Notes under the pieces: generated by a model | Databases searched by the model: none | Told to the model about the DNA's origin: nothing | The model's input: the letters and a program-made list of their open reading frames with translations, nothing else | Made by a program: the position numbers and the translations under genes | Assembly: GCA_964016885.1 (NCBI GenBank) | Contig: OZ024750.1 | Location: 26,970,001-27,034,000 of the forward strand | Length of the DNA: 64,000 bases | Direction: 5' to 3' | Source of the DNA: Eledone cirrhosa | Lineage: Eukaryota | Part shown: positions 54,908 to 64,000 of the stretch, one piece after another | Layout of the letters: every line of letters begins with the position of its first letter | Numbering within the stretch: position 1 is the first letter of the stretch

Positions 54908-56768
54908 GTTAGCTAAAGTCCCACAATCATTGGTAGCTGCTGTTGAACGCCTGACCAAGAACTGGTACACCAATTTGATCCTTAGAGGTGAGAAGGAGCA
55001 GGTTAAGACTGATAAGATACATTGCCAGAAGGGCATCTTTCAGGGTGATAGCTTGTCAGTGCTACTCTTCGTTCTCTCACTGAATCCACTATCTTACTTA
55101 CTCAGGAAACAAGGTGGACAAAGAAGTGGGCCCAGAAGTATCTCCCATCTTTTCTTTGTTGATGACCTGAAGTTGTATGGGCCAAATATCAATGACATCA
55201 AGATACAATTGGACCTCATTACACAATTTTCAACCGACATCAAAATGAAATGTGGTGAGTCCAAGTGTGCATATTTGGCAGTAAAACGTGGAAGAGCTGT
55301 GCCCTCCTCTAGAAATCTAGAGATGAACGGCCTGACAATACAACCTCTGCAGTCCGGTGACAACTACAGATATCTTGGACAGGATGAGAATGTCAGATAT
55401 GATGGACCCATAAATAAGGAGAGAACCAGAACTGAATACCTCAGAAGAGTAAAGAAAATATGGTCATCAGAACTGTCAGCATACAACAAATACATTGCCC
55501 ACAATACTTATGCTGTGCCAATTCTAACGCCAAAATTTGGCTTACTGAACTGGTCATTGCAAGAACTAAGTGAGATGGATGTTAGAACTCGAAAACTTCT
55601 CAGTGTTACTGGCAACTTTAACATCAATGGTGATGTGGATAGCCTATACTTCTCACGCAAGGAAGGTGGCCGGGGTCTAAAATCAATATTAACAACATAT
55701 GAGACCCGGATAGTAACACTGAAGCAACACCTTCAACAGGGGAAAAAGGTTGGCAACCATCTTGCCCAGGTTTATGAGCATGAAAAAAGAAATATCATTA
55801 GAATAGCGACTGATCTGGAGGAGAGATATGGAATATAGCCTGATATAAATCTCTCACCCAGAGAAATCGGAAGATCCTATTCAATGTTCAAACAAGATAA
55901 GAAAATTGACCAATTTACAGAAAAAGTTGTGCATGGATACTTGAGGCGTAAAACACAGACCATAGAGGGTATACACCACTCAAAAAGCCTGGCATGGAGT
56001 TCCGACAAGTTTATGACATCACACCTTGAGGGATATCTCTATGCAATACAGGAACAAGAACTCCCTACCAAATATCTGCTGCACAAAAGAGGAGGGCCAG
56101 CAGCTGACAATAAATGTAGGCTATGTAAAACAAAGATCGAGGATGTAAGCCACATTGTTGCCAGCTGCGAAAGAATGTCATCTCGCTACTACCTCCCCAT
56201 GAGGCACGATGGGATAGCTAGAACCATCTGGAACGCACTTCGGAAAACAAAATTAACAACAAACGAGGAAGAATATATTGAGACAGATGACACTAAGGAA
56301 TACTGGTGGAACCTGAAAATAAAAACTGCCACCAAATTAAAGCACAACCTGGCCTGATATTGTAGTTTGGGACCACACATTGAAAACGTGTTCTGTTGTG
56401 GAGATCAGCTGCCCACTTGATGTAAACGTTGTCAGAAAAATACAGGAGAAGGAGGACATCTACGGACCATTGATGAGGAGTTTACAAATCCAGTATCCAA
56501 GATACACCTTTAGCTTCATACCCATCATTATTGGTGCTACGGGTTATATACCAACCCGCTTGGACCAAAGTATGACTGAACTTGGATTTGCGGACAAAAA
56601 GCGCAGCTCCCTAATTCATAGTCTGCAAATGGCTGCGATAGTTGGCACCTTCAAAATTTGCAAAACATTCTTGCGATTCAAGGGATGACAATTTCTTTCC
56701 TTTTACAACCTTGCCACCAGGAAGGTGGCCGGTCAAAAAATATACTCGAAATTAAGAGAAAGAGAAAA
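54908..56768 (+). mobile_element. 5'-truncated R4/Dong-clade RLE retrotransposon inserted in (CATA)n
   Basis: GIFQGDSLS, FVDDLKLY, YRYLG, RKEGGRGL, AIQEQ, CRLC..EDVSHIVASC, RHD, PDIVVWD..EISCP, IIIGATG. Stop at 55836 and frameshift at ~56351; (CATA)n on both sides. Confidence 0.9.
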
Positions 56769-56782
56769 CATACATACATACA

Positions 56783-56813
<31 letters not shown>

Positions 56814-56973
56814 GTATACTAGATACAGGCCGGCGTTGGTGTTTGATGAGGAGGAACATCTGTTGTAGTTAATCTCCCTAGGTAAAAAAATCTGGAGGCA
56901 AAATTTTCTCCTTACCCAAAACAATATAAATCAACTGACATATACACACACTTAAACATAAAAGCATGCATAT

Positions 56974-57930
56974 ACTAGACATGAAAAATGCGCAAGCTCA
57001 AAAGTGCCACAGAATGTTATAATAAACCTTCAAAAGTGTGGGACTAGAGTTGTTGCTAAAAAATATTGTAATCATTATATATCGTACATTCTGTGGCATC
57101 CTTTATAAAAATAGCTTAAACCAACGAAGCCTTTATTTTTACGCTATTTCACTTAGTTAATTCTTAGAGTGTAACATATAAAAATATGATTTACAACTAT
57201 AAAATAAATTAATTAATATAATAACAGAGCTGCGGAGCTGAAATTTAGGAAATAATGGAGTATCGGATCCTGAGTTGGAGCCAGTCAATTTTTGACCGAC
57301 TCCGCAGCCCTGTATAATACATTTCATATTAAAGTTATTAATAAACCTATTTTACACTTCATGCAAATTACCACAAGATATTGATATTAGATATAAGATA
57401 CAGCGCAATATCTACAGCTGTAAAAGTACGAAAGCGAAGTAATAATAAGTGGCTTAAGGTAATTCCAATATGAAAGTTTGTAGTGATAAAAATTTGATAA
57501 TGCAATACGATTGTTAATATTATAGTTCTATGAAAATGTAACAATAGATAACTAAATTATTTTACTATTAGTATATTTAAGAAATTATCATTATAGATTT
57601 GATCGTTCATATAAGCATCATATTAAGTTTCAACACAATTATTTTGTTACTATGAGTATATGATAATAATATTACGTAATTATTTATAGCTGTTATTACA
57701 TTAAACATAGATGTATTTATTTTTATATGTTACACTCTAAGAATTAACTAAGTGAAATAGCGTAAAAATAAAGGCTTCGTTGGTTTAAGCTATTTTTATA
57801 AAGGATGCCACAGAATGTACGATATATAATGATTACAATATTTTTTAGCAACAACTCTAGTCCCACACTTTTGAAGGTTTATTATAACATTCTGTGGCAC
57901 TTTTGAGCTTGCGCATTTTTCATGTCTAGT
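56974..57930. repeat. perfect 213-bp inverted repeat (56974-57186 / 57718-57930)
   Basis: No mismatch found by eye; 531-bp spacer. Confidence 0.92.
57225..57312. mobile_element. small hAT-type MITE remnant
   Basis: cagagctgcggag ... ctccgcagccctg TIRs. Confidence 0.55.
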
Positions 57931-59044
57931 TTAATATTTTTTTAAGGCAACGCTTGTAATAACTCTAGTTAAACAGGATATATATTAATAATAAATTATC
58001 GTTGTAATGTAATTAGATTATGTAATTGTTATTATAAATTATCTTATAAATATTAGTGTAAGATGTATAAAAATATTTTCAGACTTTTAATATAAACAAC
58101 TACAAAAAACAATCAATATTAAATCAATATATTATACATAATAGAAAACATAAAATATACAATACAAAAACAAAATATTTACATACAATTGCAATTATCA
58201 GTGTATATACATTTTCTTTATATTCCCTGAGCAAATTAATAAGATTTGTTTTTATTGTACATAATTTGATGACTTGTTGGAGTGTATTAAAAGATAGCAA
58301 CAATTTGTGATTAAATTGTTATCTTAAGCAACTCACTTTTTAATAGTTGTTGGCTGAGCGAAATTGTAAAAGCCTATGAGCAAATATAAAAAAAAATACA
58401 CAAACAACATTTCCTTGTGTTATTACAACATTAGATAAAATAATTGAGCAATGTCGTTATATTTTGCTCTTATTGCACATTAATAGTGTTTCTATTTTTC
58501 GGCACAAATCCATTACGGCAGTCCATTACTGGTACTTTATTTTATCGAATTAGTAAGTATGAAAGTCGAAGTTAACCTCGGCAGGATTTGAACTTAGAAT
58601 GCAAAGGACCATAACAATACTGCAAAGCATGGTGTCTGACGCTCTACCAATACTTGTGTTGAGCTGGTCATTAATTTATGGTGGTCGTGCGTGGAGTAGA
58701 GCAATCGCTAGTTGAAATATTATGAACAAAACATTTTTATTTGCCGAAGAACATATTTTCAATACTGTTTGTGAATGTGACGAAGGAAATACATTCTGAT
58801 ATGGAACAGTGTACAAAGTGTGTCTGTGAATAACATAATGTTACCTCATGTTGTTGTCAAGACATAATGGATTTCGTTTATCCAGTTAGAAGATGAAACC
58901 TAGCCATCTCGGATTAGTTATATTTCATGCCATGTGTAAACGTGTTTGAGGATAGCAAAATATGCGCGTTAATTATAATAATTAGTTAATAATATTACAA
59001 AATATACCTAATTAAACTCTTTGCTTGAAATTTTATCATTCTTC

Positions 59045-59161
<117 letters not shown>

Positions 59162-59379
59162 TCTAGTCCTTCGCTCAAGATTAATCTATAAGTTTAGATG
59201 TTTGCCTTCGTTTAAGTAAATATTACAGTAAGATTTTTAATATAAACAACTGCAAAAAACAATTAATATTAAAACGAAAAAATTATCAATGATAAAAGAA
59301 GCGGATGCAACTTTTTTTTTTATAAAGTTATATTCCTGTTTCTTTAAAGAACATTTCATTTTTGTTCTATTGTAGGCGA

Positions 59380-59570
59380 AATAATTGTTTCTACTTTAGG
59401 CACAAGGCCAGCAAATTACCCAGTACATTACTGGTACTTTATTTTATCGACCCCGTAAGGATGAAAGGCAAAGTTAACCTCGGCGGGATTTGAACTCAGA
59501 CTGTAAAGGGACGTAACTATGCTAGAAAGCATGGCGTCCAACCCTCTACCGATACTGCCAATTCACCGCC
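59380..59570 (-). mobile_element. full tRNA-SINE with target-site duplication
   Basis: tgtaggcgaaataat flanks both ends (59371 and 59571). Another SINE copy lies at 58485-58655. Confidence 0.88.
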
Positions 59571-60830
59571 TGTAGGCGAAATAATGCAATGGTTTAATAG
59601 GGAAGATATAACTTACGAATTATGTCTCTAACCGTGTAACGCTTTTTAAGTAGATAACTACAATTGAAAATACTAAAGAAATGGAACCAACAATTCAATT
59701 TGAAAGTCGTCTAGTGACAGTGTATTACTGGTACTTTATTTTATCGACCCCGTAACGATGAAAGGCAAAAATGCAAATGCTTAAAATTTAAATTGCCTTA
59801 ATTCTATCGTCTGCTGTTTCATTAAAGGGAGATTATCGTCTGTATTTAATTCTATCGTCTACTGTTCCACTAAACAGATATACCTCCACTATCGTCTCTA
59901 TTTATACATTTTAACTTATAACTTATACACATTTGATTTGAAATATTTTATCTAGTCCCCCCTCTCAATATTATGATGATTTCTTTCGAATGAAACAGTT
60001 CTAGTCCTGTAGAAGCCATTTATATATATAATTGAACTGAGTTAAAAATTCACAATATTTATAATTAAATAAGCTCATATATATATGTGTGTATTTATCT
60101 GTTTATTGTATTATATATAATGTGTGTATATACAGGATGTCCCCCAAAAATATATACACACTTCAACAGCATTCTAATAACTATTGCCTGTACAGGTAAT
60201 CAAAGTGTCAATCGAATGTTAGTTTCGTGTTTTAACAGTACAAATTTACAATACACACATAAAACCAGTGTATATACATACATGAGTGTGTATACACATA
60301 CATGAATGTGTATATACAATATATATGTATATATATATATAGACACATGTATTCACGGTGCAACGGTACATTAAAATATAGATGCGGGAGAGGGGGTGTA
60401 TATATAGGGGCGCTGGGGATAAAGGAGTGTAAAGCGTGTGTAATTGATATATTGAAGGAGAGGAGCGTGCAGCGATAGAGTAACAAATATATAGAGAGGG
60501 GGAGAGATGGTATTGAAGGGGAGGAGTGCAAAGCGAAAGAGTAAGAGATATAAATAGAGACGGAACAGATAGAGAGAAACAGGCGTAAGTAACAGTGGAA
60601 GAGATATAGAGAGAGGTACTCTGATTGGTTGAAAATTAGCCAATCACATACGATCACCACCACGGCTATCCCCGAAAAATTTTTAAAGAAGCTAGGCATA
60701 TATGTTAGAACACGAAAAGTGAACATTCTGTGTTTCACACTTTTCGTGTTCTAACAGATACAAATATATAAATGCATAGTTATACACATACGTAAATGTA
60801 TGTACATATGTATGTAGTTTTATCTATCTA

Positions 60831-60879
<49 letters not shown>

Positions 60880-61203
60880 CCTTTTCAGTGTGGTCTACCT
60901 CTGGTAGTAGGGTCCCTACCGTAGATAAAACTCAATCTAATCCAGTAAAACCCATAGTGAAGTTCTCTGTTTCGCTGAATTAATATTTTAGATACAGCGT
61001 CAGATATTATTTATTAAATTAACAATGAAAATAAAAACAACAAATTAAAAACAACGAAGTTATAAAGTAACTTGACTTTGTTGTTTTTATTTTCATTGGT
61101 AATTTAATACCATATATCATCATCATCATCATCATCATCATCACCGTTTTACGTCCGTTCTTCCACGCTAGCATGGGTTAGACGGGTTGTCCTGTTGCGT
61201 GCA

Positions 61204-61275
<72 letters not shown>

Positions 61276-61356
61276 GGTTACAAAACAGTTAGTTCACTAT
61301 TACGAGAACAATTGTTTCACTTTAGCGGATCCTCAGCTCGTAATCCTTGTCACACT

Positions 61357-61409
<53 letters not shown>

Positions 61410-61412
<3 letters not shown>

Positions 61413-61716
61413 GATATTAAACAAATGGAAACTATATTTATAAAACCAGATTTATTTCATTATACATATACCATATTAAAAATATGGCATGCCTTCGTCA
61501 GATAAAATACAATATATAAACAGTTTTATAAATAATTTTGACGTACCATAAATATGACCGACCATTATGTAGGAAGTTGAAATAAATATGGACTTATAAA
61601 TATAGTTTCCATTTGTCTAATATCGTATATCTACTCCAAAAACTTGTCGAGTGCTTTATATCAGTTATAAAATATTTACTTGTTGTAACCCAACAATTTT
61701 AAATAAAACTTTTGCA
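61410..61716. mobile_element. diverged relative of the 40834-41255 hammerhead palindrome element, in (TA)n
   Basis: Shared aaatggaaactatatttata and gagtgctttatatcagttataa; minus-strand CUGACGA at ~61495-61501. Confidence 0.65.
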
Positions 61717-61861
61717 TATATATATATATATGTATATATATATGCGGAGTGTGACAAGAAGCCTACTTCCCAAACACATGTTTCCGGGATCAGTCCCACT
61801 GCCCGGGCCGACCAAACACTGTGGGGGGATTTGATAGACCGAAACTAACGGAAACTCGTCG

Positions 61862-61967
<106 letters not shown>

Positions 61968-62030
61968 TGTGTGTGTCTTTACGTTTGTATTTGCCCTGTG
62001 TGTGTATATATATATATATATATATTTCTA

Positions 62031-62141
<111 letters not shown>

Positions 62142-62199
62142 CCCTCTCTCTCTCTCTTTATATATATATATATATAAATATATAATATATATATATATA

Positions 62200-62734
<535 letters not shown>

Positions 62735-62924
62735 GTATATGTATATATATATGTATATATATGTATATATATATATATAAATATATAAGTGTGTGTGTGA
62801 GTGAGTGAGTGTATGGCGTTGTTATTTTACGTTGTTGAACAGATCAGTAACCTTTGACCCGGCAATACGGCAATATAAACTGGAAACAAAATTCTTTCTG
62901 TACCAAAAACAAGGCAACACACAC

Positions 62925-62964
<40 letters not shown>

Positions 62965-63195
62965 GTATGTGTGTATGTGTGTGTGTGTATCTATCTATGT
63001 ATATATATATATATATATAAGGGATACAGATTTTTCTTGCGCACTGTCACCAAGCATCTCAATTTATTCTTTGCAACTAAGTTTGTGATCGAATCACTTT
63101 ATTTTGCAAGGTACTATTTTTCCTTTGGGTTTGTGATTCCAGAGAAAGGTAAGAAATCCTTCACATTTTGTATCTTTTGTATTTTGACTTTACAG

Positions 63196-63237
63196 TTTGA
63201 ATTGTAGAATTGTCTATCCACTCAAATATGGCAACAG
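63196..63237 (+). other. candidate start-codon exon (ATG GCA ACA G|gt)
   Basis: Strong acceptor ttttgtattttgactttacag|, ATG at 63228, donor AG|GTAACA. Confidence 0.25.
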
Positions 63238-64000
63238 GTAACAGTGAAATATAGAATAAAAATATAAAAAAAGATTATTCGACTGAGATCAAGTATTTGA
63301 GAACATTCACGTCTATTTTTCAAAATTATATAATTTGAAATAATTTGCTTTTGTTTTCGACTGAAAATTTTGTATTTAATGCGTACGAGTATTTTTTAAG
63401 GATATTTTAAAAAGATTCTAACATATTAGACTCAATTATGTACTGTTTCAATAAGTATGCCTATGACTCGTGACATTTTGTACTTGTAACGGTATAAAAA
63501 ATAAACTTGATATTGCTTGCGCTATAGAAAATGTAATTAGCTAATCAAAATATTTCTAGTCAAAACAATAAAATACTAATATGAAATATATAGGAAATTC
63601 ACAATATTGAGAACTAGATGTAATACTTTACAGTTTCCAACTTTATGCCTGATATATCTCTATTCAAATAACATCATGGCAAAGCTTGTTTTAGCCTATC
63701 AACCACAATTACTATGTTTGTGTGAAAAAGAAATTTATTAAATGTCCTGGTCAAATTATGAGGCAATAATTAGTCAAACGACTGCAATTAGTACATTTAA
63801 TATTATACGTGGTCATTAATATTCACCGAACAACCTAACTGGGAGAATAAGTGTTCATATTAAAAACTCATCGCTGAAACATACGGAGGTCAATTACACA
63901 ATTTACAAATATAAAAGAAAAATACAATTTTATTGATTCTAAATCTAAACATCAGACAGATTGAAATTCACCAATTTCTTCGAACAATTGTATTGATACA

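Noticed and set aside
58675-58705. Faint 18S rRNA-like tggtggtcgtgcgtgg
   Set aside because: Too short, with no flanking similarity.
58755-58835. Cys-rich peptides NTVCECDEG / MEQCTKCVCE resembling a TNFR repeat
   Set aside because: They lie in different frames, with stops and no splice signals.

Overview
AT-rich eukaryotic genomic DNA saturated with microsatellites and transposons. The dominant tRNA-derived SINE resembles octopus SINEs as I recall them, so the source is probably an octopod cephalopod (inference). Most ORFs in the track are simple-repeat artefacts. Real coding remnants are: a 5'-truncated L1/Tx1-type LINE (44814-49503, -), an R4/Dong-type restriction-like-endonuclease retrotransposon sitting in a (CATA)n tract (54908-56768, +), a Penelope-like GIY-YIG element (~16400-18300, -), and CRE, RTE, CR1, mariner, Chapaev3 and hAT fragments. 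Two larger structures stand out. (1) A collinear inverted segmental duplication of about 42 kb (left ~11775-30107, right ~36737-53860) has patchy arm identity, arm-specific insertions and a duplicated candidate terminal exon. (2) Several unrelated small Penelope-type repeat families next to (TA)n or other dinucleotide tracts carry type I hammerhead ribozyme folds. Three of these are palindromes with one hammerhead on each strand, and several share an unusual U.U at position 10.1/11.1. All alignments, folds and identity estimates were done by eye, so boundaries are approximate.
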